In this document: positions 13,953-26,349 of the stretch, piece by piece
Layout: each line of letters opens with the position of its first letter
Numbering within the stretch: position 1 is the first letter of the stretch
Source of the DNA: Narcine bancroftii
Taxonomy: Eukaryota
Direction of reading: 5' to 3'
Length of the DNA stretch: 64,000 nucleotides
Assembly: GCF_036971445.1 (NCBI RefSeq)
Contig: NC_091478.1
Coordinates: 10,540,001-10,604,000, forward strand
Program-made: the position numbers and the translations under genes
Notes under the pieces: model-generated
Databases searched by the model: none
What the model saw: the letters and a program-made list of their open reading frames with translations, nothing else
Told to the model about the DNA's origin: nothing

Positions 13953-14214
13953 TATCACCATGTCTGAAAGAGTGTATTGGTCATTTAGAAGTGGAACAAG
14001 AAATGTATTCGCTCAAAGTGTGATGAACAGTGGAGGTTGAATATATCCAAGCATTGTTAAATTATTAGATTTTTGATTTTGCTGGATTGAAGAGATGGTG
14101 CATTTAGATAGCACTGAAGTAGAACTGTTGAGCGCTTAAAGAAAGAGAAGGCTCAAAAGTTCTGATGACCGAACTCTGCTTTAATTATATTATGCTTTTG
14201 TACTTCCAATACAG

Positions 14215-15143
14215 GTGAAAAGCCCCATAGGTGCCATTTGTGTCCATTTGCTTCAGCTTATGAACGTCATCTTGAAGCACACATGCGCTCACATAGAGGT
14301 GAAAAACCATACAAATGTGAGCTTTGTTCATTTCGTTGCAGTGATCAAAGTAACTTATCTCACCATCGTAGACGCAGACATAAACTTCTTCCACTGAAAG
14401 GACGCAGGACGTCTTTGACCAATAAAAGAATGATGGGAATCTTACAGAAAAAGTCTGGCTACTCCCTGAGTTATGGGAGAAGACCAATGATTAATTTCAG
14501 TTCTCTGCCAATGCTGGTGCAGAAGACAGATTACCTTGATGAATTTTCTCATAACCTACCAGCTGAATCTTATGAGAGTCTTGGAAAGGCTCAGACAAGT
14601 GGAATCTCAAGGGATATTCAGGACATGGTTGATAATCCATTAAACCAGCTATCTGCTTTAGCTGGCCAGCTTTCCAGCCTTGCACATGATGACCAAGCTC
14701 CAGCATCTTCTGATGTCGCATCTTGCAGGGATGAAAAACCATATGTGACACAAATTTCTATTGCACCAAATGTTTCCACTGTGGTTTCAAGTGTGGCACA
14801 GAGCTCCTCCAATGTTAGTCCTGACAGACATCCAGTGCATAATCAGAGAAACTTCAGTCCTGTAGCAGGACCAAGTAGTGAGCACAGTGCTCACATGAGC
14901 TCACCATGCATGACGAACAGCCAACCTAGCACCCCTACTCCTCCAATTCAAGTCCAGGACCCCCAGCTTTTGCATCATTGTCAACACTGTGATATGTATT
15001 TTGCAGACAATATCCTTTACACCATCCATATGGGGTGCCATGGGTATGAGAACCCATTTCAATGTAACATATGTGGATGCAAATGTAAAAATCAATACGA
15101 CTTTGCTTGTCACTTTGCTAGAGGTCAGCATAAACAAATTTAA
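14215..15143 (+). CDS. IKZF5: IKZF5 copy A, last coding exon (ZF2, ZF3, linker, C-terminal dimerisation fingers ZF4-5); spliced CDS 1245 nt, 414 aa
   Basis: Acceptor tacag|GT, then an uninterrupted ORF with CQHCDMYFADNILYTIHMGCH and CNICGCKCKNQYDFACHFARGQH, ending at TAA 15141-15143. Confidence 0.97.
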
Positions 15144-16427
15144 TGTTATTTGTATGAATAAAGCATTAAATTTTTTTTTCCCAAAGGAAGTAGCTTTCTC
15201 CTGTATGAATCTATTGGCCAAATTGTTCTTTTTATCCAAAAATACAGACCAGTGAGATTATTTTATTTCATTTTCCATATTCCTCATGTTCTGATCATTC
15301 TAATACGTAGTCTACTTGCCCCGAGTTGTCATTTAAATATGAAATTTCAAAATGTTACATGTGAAGATCATTGAAAAATGTGAAGAATTGAAACTAGACA
15401 ATGGTTGAGAGACCTTGAACAGGATTTGTATTTTCTCCAGCTGGCAAAATGATGTGGTATGATTCTTAAAGTTTCTCATTCAAAACAAGATGGTACAGCA
15501 GGCTAGAAGGGACATGGGAGCCATTCAGATCAATACTGATCATGTCCACGTTTGTGATTTCTTGTGTATGCCCCTGAAGTAGGATGCATTGGATATTTCC
15601 AACTATCCAATTTGTGGGTATTGAGCCCAATTACGGAGTTTATATATAAAGATTTTAGAAGCGTCTCATGGGTTTCAGTAATATGATTACAACAAATATT
15701 TGGTTCCATTAACATTATAAAGTTCTGTTTTTGAATGAGCTTTTATAGATTTTATAAAATATTACAAATTTAAAACTCATGTGAAGATAGAATTTAACAG
15801 TTAAATTTGCATTCTTATTTATTTTTTTTAATTGTCTGTTTTGAAGGTACCCTTAGTTTTGATTTTTGTCTTGTCTTTCTTGCCACATTTCTAGCCACAT
15901 GTAATCACTAGATGAAATTGAATTCTGAAAGTTGCCATCTGTCCCAAGCAGTGCACTGAAAAATAGCAACCTGTCCAGCTGGATTCTAATTCATCTTAAG
16001 TTATTAAAACTTTAAATCTTTGTTATTTTGTTTATTGCACAAGTTTATTTTTCCCTGACCTATCTTGCACCAAACAGTGCCAAAGGCAACTGTGATTATA
16101 ATGCCCTTGGGGTCATTTGGAAATAAATGTATTGTTGTTTGTGGGTCTTTTATGCTTTCACATGTGTTGAATGTTATTGCAAAGATTGATGCAGGGACCA
16201 TAATTATTCACTAAAGCAATTTAAACCAAGAAGAAATATAATGATAGTTTATTGTCATATTTATTTTACAATGTACATCTGCTCCAACATTCTTATTTGC
16301 TGCAGCTGAACAGGTTTATCACCACAAAACATCTCAAAGCACTTCATGAGTGACAATGAGCAAAATTTGGAATTATCTGGCAGGGGAGAACTAAGTGCAG
16401 TTATGTATGCAAAACCTGGCATGGTAG

Positions 16428-16672
16428 GGCAGCACGGTTGGTGTAGCGGTTAGTGCAATGCCTTTGGAGAGCCAGTGATTGGGGAGTGGGACCGGGGTTT
16501 GAGTCCCGTGCTGTCTTTAAGGAGTTTGTATATTCTCCCTGTGTTTGTGGGTTTTCTCCAGGAGCTCCGGTTTCCTCTCACCGTTCAAAAAAATGTATCG
16601 GGGGTGTAGGTTAATGGAGGGTAAATAGGTGGCATAGCTGTTACTGTGCTGTTTGTCTAAATTTAAATTTAA
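16428..16672 (+). mobile_element. tRNA-derived SINE (HE1/V-SINE-like), near full length
   Basis: A-box-like tggtgtagcggttag and B-box-like ggtttgagtcc, a conserved core and an (aaattt)n tail. Confidence 0.8.
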
Positions 16673-19600
16673 AAGGTATAAATTTCAAAATTTAGTGCCT
16701 TGGTACATGAATTCACAGCCACTAATGGCAAGAACAATTAAATTCAAGGAGAATAGAGGTGAGCAAAGAGCACAGATATCTTGGAAAGACTTACACTTCT
16801 GGAATTTTTAAAAAATGGAGAAATGACTTATCAAGGGATTTTAATACAAGATGAAGAATTTTAAAACCATTTCTCTGCACAGGTAGTGGTCATTGTAGGA
16901 CAGTAGAACAGATATGATGGTTACACAGGATGGTACAAGTTAAGACACCTGATCATTCAGAACTGGTTCCTTCGTGTGCAGGTTAAAACAGGAGGTCCTG
17001 TTCATTGTGATAGGTAAGTTGAGAAGTTTTATGATGTGGATAATAGATTCAACAGCAAATGCACCAAAATAGCACCAGAGTGGCGTGATGTGAAAGGGGA
17101 TATTTGTGATGATCCAGATGTGCATAAACTTATTCTGAGAAAACGATAAACCTTTAAACCTTGATGAATATTTAAACTTGCAAATTTAATTGGTCAAGAG
17201 ATATAATGAAACAAATATAAAATAACAATAAGCTTCAGAAATGAAAAGCAAAATGCTGCAAACACTTACTTGATTTGTCACCATCAATGAACAGAAAAAA
17301 ATGGACCTTTTCAGAAGAAAGCATTAACAATAGACCATATTAATAGTATGAGCAGTTCGTGTCACAAATCTGGTGGGAAAAAGAGGAAAAGATACAAATT
17401 ACAATGATAGTAGGACTGGAATGGTTATAAAAGCTTCTAACAGGGTGGATGATAAGAGAACTGAGGGCCATGTCTCAGGGAAACGGAATATAGAGGTAGT
17501 TGAGGTAAAGAGCACCAATACAGATGTTCACAAGGAAAAAGGATAATGATGGCTATTAGTTGAAAGGAGGCTAAAGGGGATAAATAGATGTGGAGCTGGT
17601 GGGTTCAAAAGTGCAGTTGGATGCACACAGCACTCCACCTCAAACCACTCATCTCCCACTGAGGAAACAACTGCCCCATATATGCCTATCACCTCATCCG
17701 TCACCTCAAAACCTGAACTGAAGTAAATTATCCTGAATGCCAAGGGACTGCCAAAAAAAATTGTACCTGCATCTACATGGCATTTAAATTGGTGAGATGA
17801 TGGTAACCTGTACTTGACAATTACCCTGAAAATATCTCTTGAACATTAGGATACCCATTCTAAAGTGGAATATATACTTGTTTACGGATAATTTGCCTGT
17901 TAGTAAATGAAATGTGACTTAATAGTAGCCAGCTCCAACAGAATTGTGGCTGAATTCATTAAAGTTGTCATGAGCTAAATGACAGGATTGTCTTAAGTCT
18001 GCTAATTTAGGTTTGGTCATGTGTAGATAGTGAAGGAATGAACAAAAACATGTTATGCACTCCAAAGAAAATAAGAGTTTTAATCATTGCTCTTGCTCAT
18101 CTCGGGACACCCAAGTCAAAATTGCTTGCAAATCTCAAATGGGAAAATATCTTATTTATAAGACTATTGGCAACTTTCACTTTTATTTTATATTCTAATC
18201 TTTATGCTTTCAAAAACAGAATTACTTTTTGCCACTCTCAATGAACCTATTCTGTGATGTCCTAGATAAAAGGAAAAGCTTGAAAGCTGAACATTAAAAT
18301 TGAAGGAGTAGAATATTGTTCAGAAAGTATGCCAAATATTGTTGAAGGAAACTAAGGATCTTAAAAGACTTGTGAATTATAAATTGTGTAAATGGTTAAG
18401 CTTTTTTTTTCCGCTTCAAATTAAAATGGATTAGCTCTTAATGCAGAAGTTCACAACAATCTCATACCCATAATCCTTTCATGCACCATCTAAACATTGA
18501 TTGGTATATCCTAAGAATTAACCCTAAAAGCAAACTCCACAACTCATGTACAAATATATTACCAGGTTGATGCCACATGTAAATTGGAAGAATAGCCCTT
18601 TATTTTCTGTTTTGGTAATGTTTAATATTGATTTCTCCAGTTTCCATGACACCCCCCCCCCCCCCATGCTTTCATATCTCTGGCCCCATTCCTCCTCCTA
18701 TTTTCTTACTCTTTCCTCCCTACCTGTCACCTACAACTTCCTTCCTCTGGACCCCATCCTTCTTATCAGAGTGCATCTTTCTCTGCCCCTCATCTAAGCT
18801 CCTTTCTTTTCTTCCACTGCCCACCCACCTGCATTCACCTGTGTTTCCTCCCCCACCCTTTTTTTCATTTGAACAGCTGCCCAATTCTTTCTATTCCCAA
18901 TGAAAGGTTTTTGGTCTGAAACATTGGGTGTATTGCTTTCCATGGATGCTGCTTGACTCGCTGAGTTGCACCATCTGTTGCTTCACAGCACAAATGGGTT
19001 TTTATTTTAAAAAAATGAATTAATACTTTTCATTCTCTAGTTAATTACTTTAAATAGAGTACTTTTATGCCCTGTGCATCTTTACATATTTTTAAAATTG
19101 ATCTCGGTAATTGTAACGATTAGACAATTGAATTGTTATATTAAAAAATCTTATCTGGAAAACTGCAGTACCCACCTTAAGATAATTGATAATCAAGAGT
19201 GAGGTAATTAAAATTAGTCAAGTATTCATTTATGGTGTGTGAAACGATTCCGTCAAACAAACTGAAGGTACCAATTTTGTTCCTGATATAAGGAAAATCT
19301 AGCAATGATCATTTAAATTTCAAAATGAATCTTTTATTAGGGGATTTAAAATCCAGAAATGAAAGCTACTGTTGCCCTCCCATTTTTGATTTATGGGAAA
19401 AGATCAGACAATCTTCAAAAGAGGGACAAAAAAAAACAATGAAATGGTGGGACTAATTAAAGTAGATAGATCAACTAAAGGAACAGGAGAATTCTACTCG
19501 CAGCCACAAATAAAGTCATTCAATTTTGATGTATCTGAAATTGTATTGCACTCACAGCAATTGCAGGCTTTCCTGTTTAACTCCAATCAGCTACTCCACT

Positions 19601-19757
19601 GCAAAGAATTTTTGAGGGATGCCTACACTGCGGTTCTCTTTCAAGGAAGTTTTGTGAGTCTCTTTCAATGTTCCCTTTCTGCAATCTCTGCTGCTCTCAA
19701 GCTCTTGCCTGTTAGCCGTACTCCTCCCCCCTGCCCCTTCCTCCTCCATTTCCACTC

Positions 19758-20358
19758 TTTTTTTTTTTAAAGACTTTATTTAAAATTTTTATAACATGAA
19801 TACAATAAAGAATTACATTTAAAGAAAAATAGAAAAATTTTTTTAAAAGGTATGATTACATTACATCAGAAAACTACACAAAATAACCCCCCCCGTTAAT
19901 TGTAACACAATATTAATAGTCTAACTTAAAATTAGTCCAACCTCCCCCAAAATAAAGAGTGAAGAATTAATAAAATTGACATTATATATGAAAAAAATGC
20001 CACTTACAAAAAAGAGAAAAAAATTCTAACAAAAAAATTGTCAATACTAAAATATCACACTTAAACATATATTTAAATCAAACTTAAATGCATATAATTA
20101 GCAAACGGAGTCCACTTTAACTTATAAAAAGACATCTTATCCTGAATTGAAAAAGATATCCTTTCCATAGTCAAATAAAATTTCATTTCCAAATACCACT
20201 TATCTAAAGTTAGTATATTTCTATCTTTCCAAGTAAGTGCTATACATTTCTTAGCCACAACTAAAGCTAAATAAATAAATGAAATCTGATAATCCTCTAA
20301 ACCTAAATCGATTAATGATTGCATGTTCCCTAGTAAAAATATATCGGGATCTAATACT
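19758..20358 (-). mobile_element. L1/Tx1 LINE 3' end
   Basis: ORF2 C-terminus IYLALVVAKKCIALTWK...W...W.PF. On the minus strand the 3' UTR ends in AATAAA plus poly(A) (tttttttttttt...tttatt on +). Confidence 0.85.
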
Positions 20359-22619
20359 CCCCACTCTCACCCTGCTTTTTGCTCATACTTTGACTAAGGG
20401 CTCAGGCCCAAAATATCCTTTAGATGCTGCATGACCAGCTGAATTTCTCCAGCATTTTTGTTTATTGTACCACAATCACAGCCTCTGCAGACTTTCCTGT
20501 TTAACTCCATTAATGGGACAAGTTAAATACATTTGGATAAATCAATATAAATGAATAACTGTCCCTATTGTTATGCAAGTGATGAGAGAGTTACATTGGC
20601 AATTTATAAATAACGGGCAGCAAAAGATTACCCATTGAATTTTCATGTGACATTGCAATTACATAAAATGGCCCCTGGATGGCTCTTTGGTACAGTTTTT
20701 TTCAGTTCCACAGCCTTACATTAAAATCCTGAACACTTGCTCTTTACCCTTGTGATCATTACCACCACCCCACTATTACCTGGTTCATATGACTCTCACC
20801 TTTCTGGATTTCTTTCGCTAACTTAATCAGGGATTAAGGTAGCACAAATATCCATTGCATTTCTATTGATCACCACTAAATTTCCTCCCACCTTACTTTA
20901 AGTAAGGAATCCATTTCATATTTCTTTACAACATGAAAAATGGTCTTCATCCCACTTAGTCTAAGAGCAATTACGTTCCCCTATTTCCAACTATTCTCTT
21001 TCACCTGTTAACACCTCATTGATTTTTCTATCATGCAACTACCAAAGGGGCAATTTATACCAGCCATTTAACCTAACAACCAGTACATCTTTGATGGGAA
21101 ACTCGAGCTTGGCATTTAATTCCCTGTCCCACTCAGGCTAATTGCTGGTCAGTTGCACTGTTCAAACACAAGATTAAAGATCTGCATTTCATCTTCCATC
21201 TGATCACTGTAGCCTTTGTTTTGCTATATTGATTTTATCTATTTAAGGTTGAGTGAAATAATAATCCACCATCTAACTGTTCAAAATTCCTGATGGCTTG
21301 GCAAACAACATCTGTAGTGTTCCCTCTCCACTCCCCAATATTTTCAACCTACCTAGTTCACTGGAACAGTTATCACACTGTAAAATTTAAAAAAAACAAA
21401 ATTGAAAGAATATCAAAGTTTTAATGGCACATCCAAAAATGCATTAAATCTGATAATCCAGAACTAAAGACCAACCATACTTCAGTACACAAACATGCTA
21501 AAGAAATTCAGCAGGTCATGCTGCATCCATAAGGATAACCAACATTTTTGCTTGGGCCATTTGACAGGTATTGTAATATGTTTTTGTAAGAACTGGATAG
21601 TTATAGAGTAATGAATATTTTGGATTTTCCTCACTCTATGGACATTGCCAACAGGCTGGGAATTTCCATCATATCGTTCCTTGGATTCCAAATTCAACAA
21701 ATTCCAATTTCAACAATTCTGACCCTTTATTTTCTCCCTCTAACAGGTCTCATTTAACTTTTAACCAGATGACCCTGTAAACAATGGAATCACCTTGGTC
21801 TAACCTAGGCTTCACCCAATTCTCTTTGTTCTATTCCTTCCACACCCTTAAAAACCAACATTTTTTGTTCTATTCTAAAGATGAATCATCGACCTGAAAT
21901 ATTAAGTTTCTCTTTCTACAGATGGTGCAGGACCTTTTGAGTACTTTCTAAAATCCTGACAACAGAAACACCAGATAGCTTAAACAATGTCCAAATTTGT
22001 ACTTCAACATTAGCTTGCACCAACATACTTTATCTTGTTCTTTCAGCATTACTGGTTTCCTTTCTCCCTGATGCCTGCTGACATTTTTCCATACTTTGAT
22101 GAAGGGCTCAAGACTGAAATGTTGATTATGTACCTTTTTACCTTTGCTATATAAAGTACATTTTGACCTGCTGAGTTTCTCCAGCTTTTTGTTTTTACTT
22201 CAACCTCTGTATCTGAAGTTTTGTGTTTTACTTCTTTTAATTGTTTTTTTTTCTCTCACTGCCTCAATTTCTCTATTTGAGACCATGTTCCACATTCCAG
22301 CTATTTTATTAAAGAAGTGGCTTAATTTCCTATTTGAATGTAAAGTGGTGTATTTAATCATGTCAATTTCTCCCATTAATTACTGGACCTCTAATCTCCA
22401 AGAAAGGATGCTCACAGCCAAGCGACTAAATGCACAAAAAACTGTTGGTTAGCATCAGTGAGAGTGGAAAAAAACCTTAACTTTGTGAGCCAAAACACTT
22501 AATTGGAACTGAATGTGGAAGAGTTCAGGCCCACTACACCAACAATTCATTTTTCTCCCACTTCATCCAGCATATTGTGTGTTGTTCCAGATTCCAGTAT
22601 CTGCATGCCTCCAAATGAC

Positions 22620-22750
22620 CAGGCTAGTGGTTATCAACCTTTTATCCCCCCACTCACATACCATCTTAAGTAATCTCCTCCTAACCACAGAGCTCCTATG
22701 GCATCCGATGGTGGTATGTTAGTAGAAAGGAAAAAGTTCAGAACCACTCG
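22620..22750. mobile_element. hAT/Charlie-like MITE
   Basis: Ends tagtggttatcaacc...gttcagaaccact; same family as 55055 and 55397. Confidence 0.6.
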
Positions 22751-23104
22751 ACTAGATTTTTCTCCCCACTTGACATTTCACTGATATCCTTGTGTGTTAA
22801 GTATACTGTTATTTTTGAACTTTTATGTGAAACCACAGTCCTGCATTCAGCACCATCATTTCAATCAAAACTGATCAGCCAACTCCAAGAACTGGGCCTC
22901 AATACTCTAATGTGTAATTGAATCCTGGATTCCCTCACCTCCAGATCACATCTCCACAATCTCCATCAGTAAGGCTGTGTTCTTGGCCTCCTTCTCTACT
23001 TACATTTCACCTAGATCTGTGTGGCTCGGTACATCAATAGTGCCATCTACAAATTTGCCGATGATACCACATAGCGAGTTGTATAAAAGGTGGCGAAGAG
23101 TCAG

Positions 23105-23510
23105 CAAACTGTATTTCTGTTCATTAAGTCTTCTGCAGACTGTAGTTATTGACACATTCACACCTGCCTTCTTAAGTGTGTTTCTGATCTGTCAGGCAGG
23201 CATTTGTTATGATGAGAATTCTTCTGTCATCAGTAATGATCTACCAGTCCTTATGTGATTACTGAAATCACCAGTTTGCTCTTTCTTAATGGTCTTCTAA
23301 AGAGTTGATTTTGGTCATCCTGAGGTTTAGGCAATCTCTCTTACTGTTTTAATCTTGATTTTTCAGCCTCATGATCACTTCTTTAACTTTTATTGGCACA
23401 GCTTTGGTCCTCCTGTTGAAAAATGGCAACTGCAGACTCCAAAGGTGATCAAAAGTTTAGAAGCTAGCCTAGCTCTCTTGTACCTGCACCAATGAAGTAA
23501 TTAAATAGAT
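23105..23510 (-). mobile_element. Tc1-like DNA transposon fragment
   Basis: Resembles the 5' region of fish Tc1 elements (gcacagctttggtcctcctgttga...). Confidence 0.45.
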
Positions 23511-23699
23511 CCTAGTACCAAACGTTATGTTGCCCTGAAATGAGAGGACTCTTGTTTGTTTTTACAAAGCCGCTACGTTCCAGGAAATAATTTCCATTTT
23601 CCCGGAACGCGGTCTGTGTAAAAAGATCTGAACGGGAATAAGAAATCATTCCCGTTCCGACATTTAACCTCGACCCCATGTAAATCTCCCGACCTCCTG

Positions 23700-25080
23700 C
23701 AGTCAAAAGGATCGATGACGCGCGATTCACAGCCATGGCATCACAGTCCCACGTACGGCAGACGTCCCCGCAGCGGCGTTGCGAGTGTGAACGGGGACTC
23801 CCGGAAGGGAGACGCCTCAGAATGGAAAAAAATCACGCCACCCCTCCAGTTCCGACCTCGCCACCATCGGATTCCTGAACACTCAGTTCAAGACTCATTT
23901 CAGGGTTCTTATTTTCCACATTTTTTTAAAATTGAATGTTTATTTTCTAGATTGCCCACGTAGCTCTTTGTTTACGTTTCTTTGATTTTTCCATACGTAC
24001 CTTTCCTTGGTTAATGCACTACCAGTTAGTCGAAATTTCGACGTGACCCTCTGGGGAAAAGTGATGCACTCCGACAATAAATCTGAACTTTGAACATACC
24101 CTGAACTAAACTGGAACGAAGCGCAACGATTCAATCAAGTTGCTGGGTGGAAATTCGGGTTGTGCAGGACGGTAACGTTCCCCCCCACCCCACCCCACCC
24201 CACCCCCAGGTGAATTCTTCGCCTCACAACCACCAGTGATAATCGTTCCGAGATAGCCACCGGCTCAGCGTATCTGGACACGCTGCCAGACCTGCTTAGA
24301 TCCTCCAGCGTTTCGGCTCCAATGTCCGGACTTTCGTGCATTGCTTCCCTCTATGTAGTATCCAGGAGATCATTTGATACCGTGGCCCCCTCCGTCAGGA
24401 ATGACACTGCGGGCTTGGCCCCCTGAGGAATGAGACAACGAGCGAGAAAAGCAACAGAAACGACTCACGACTACACCCTTGAAGCAGGATCGTGGCCAAT
24501 GCAATCTCGTGGCCACAAAGCAAAGGAAAATTAACCAGCTGCAGGACAAGTGCCCCCCCCCCCCAATCCCATTCTCACGAGTTGACTCTCGTGGCGGTCG
24601 CTCCCGGAACCCCCATTCATTGTTTCGACGTGGGCACGTCACTCGGCTCTCATTGGGCCCAGCGTTTCCAGGGCGACTGTTCCCGTGGGGACCCGTTCAG
24701 CCGTCGCACTGATTCCTTCCCTCGCCGACCCTTGACCCCCGGCTTTTGTTCGCGCTGCTGCTTCGAGCTGCCGGAGCGGCGACGTTCGACCGACCGACCC
24801 CCAGAGGAGGAGGAGGAGGAGGAGGAGGAGGAGGGGGGGGGGGGAGCAGCCCGGCGCCCACGATGCGGCCGGGAGCGCCGCGGGGTTCCTCGGCTGGGAC
24901 CGGCGGCAGGAGAGGGCCGCGCCGCGCGGGGCGCCCCGAGTAGACGTGGAGGTAGGCGGCCGGCCGGCCGGCGGACCCCCCCCCCCCCGAGCCGAGGGTT
25001 TCGTGTGGCTCCATCGGTTTAGTAGGAATAGTGTCTGGCAGCGGACTGTCCCCATGGGCGTGGGTTTGTATCGAGGCCAT
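23700..25080. promoter_or_regulatory. CpG island, promoter and non-coding exon 1 of IKZF5 copy B
   Basis: Second GC/CpG-rich block. It shares GGCTTTTGTTC and CGCTGCTGCTTC with island 1, has a (GAG)n tract, and a probable donor GGAG|gtaggc at 24951. Confidence 0.8.
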
Positions 25081-25484
25081 TCCAAAGGAGTTCCCATCTC
25101 TGTTTAAATGCTACATTTACAATGTAACACGCACGAAATTCTTCAACTTTCCAACCCAGAGATGAGGGGCCCAGTGAGGAATGAATGAACTGGCGACCCC
25201 TGCCTCACAAGACCAGTGCTCTGACCACTCAGCTCACCCTGTGTTTGCATTTGTGGTTGTTGCACGACACTTTAAACCTAGAAGTGCTTTTTTTTTAAAA
25301 AAAGCATGTGTATGTTTAGCAGCCTATGACCTCCTCCCTTGGAATGGCCACCCCTGTCTGGATCCTTCACTCTCCTCCTCTCGAACGGAGTACGCTGCTT
25401 CAGCACAACTCGCCCTGATGGTAGACCTTCGGCGAGGTCAGCCGGTGGTTGAGCCAAGGACTCGACTCTCCAGCGGGGCAGGAC

Positions 25485-25804
25485 AAGAGGAGGAGGAGGA
25501 GGAGGAGGTGGGAGGGGGGGCAGGAGAAGAGGAGGAGGTGGGGGGCAGGAGAAGAGGAGGGGTGGGGGGGCAGGAGGAGGAGGAGGGGGTGGGGGGGCAG
25601 GAGGAGGAGGAGGGGGTGGGGGGGCAGGAGGAGAGAAGGGGGTGGGGGGGCAGGAGGAGAGAAGGGGGTGGGGGGGCAGGAGGAGAGAAGGGGGTGGGGG
25701 GGCAGGAGGAGAGAAGGGGGTGGGGGGGCAGGAGGAGAGAAGGGGGTGGGGGGGCAGGAGGAGAGAAGGGGGTGGGGGGGCAGGAGAAGAGGAGGGGGTG
25801 GGGG
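25485..25804. repeat. Purine-rich minisatellite, unit about 26 bp (GGGGGTGGGGGGGCAGGAGGAGAGAA), about 11 copies
   Basis: Directly visible tandem repeat. Confidence 0.9.
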
Positions 25805-26349
25805 TCACATTCAGGTGTGGGTGTCCGCTGCCCCTAACAGAGTTAGGTGGACAAGAGGCGGCCTTGGCATATTCCTGTCACCCTGTTTTTGTGTGAATTT
25901 AATCAGCTTGGGCAGCTTCAACCAAGTTTGAAGAGTAAAATGTATACTCTCAAAAAGAAATTGGAGGCTGTTCTTGGGGGTTAATATCTTGTAAAGTGGT
26001 GCTTCATCGTCAGAAAGCTAAGCTATTGGTGTTGAAAATATTTTTTAAAAATTAGAGCTTACTGGATGCCTAAAATTAAAACATTGTGGCCAGTCAAGTG
26101 GTGTTGCAGAAAGAAAAAAAGTCAAAATCCCTCATCAGTATGTTTTTAAATTTCAATTTCTTGCATTTTTAACTAAACTGAATCACATGGAAATGTTTAC
26201 TGTCTGTTGTAATGAGTAACCTTAATGATATAAAGTAAAAACACAAAGCTAGAGAAACAGAGCAGGTCAAACAGTGCATTTGATGTAGCAAAGATAAAGA
26301 CACAAAAACAATGTTTCAGACTTGAGCCCTTCATCAAGGTCAGATTTCC

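Noticed and set aside
16428-16520. tRNA gene (A/B box-like motifs), e.g. tRNA-Sec near PSTK
   Set aside because: The motifs are the head of a multi-copy SINE; no cloverleaf or Pol III terminator at tRNA length.
24370-25931. ORFs of 100-218 aa in CpG island 2 and the G-rich minisatellite
   Set aside because: Low-complexity Gly/Glu/Pro/Arg translations expected from GC-rich, stop-poor sequence.
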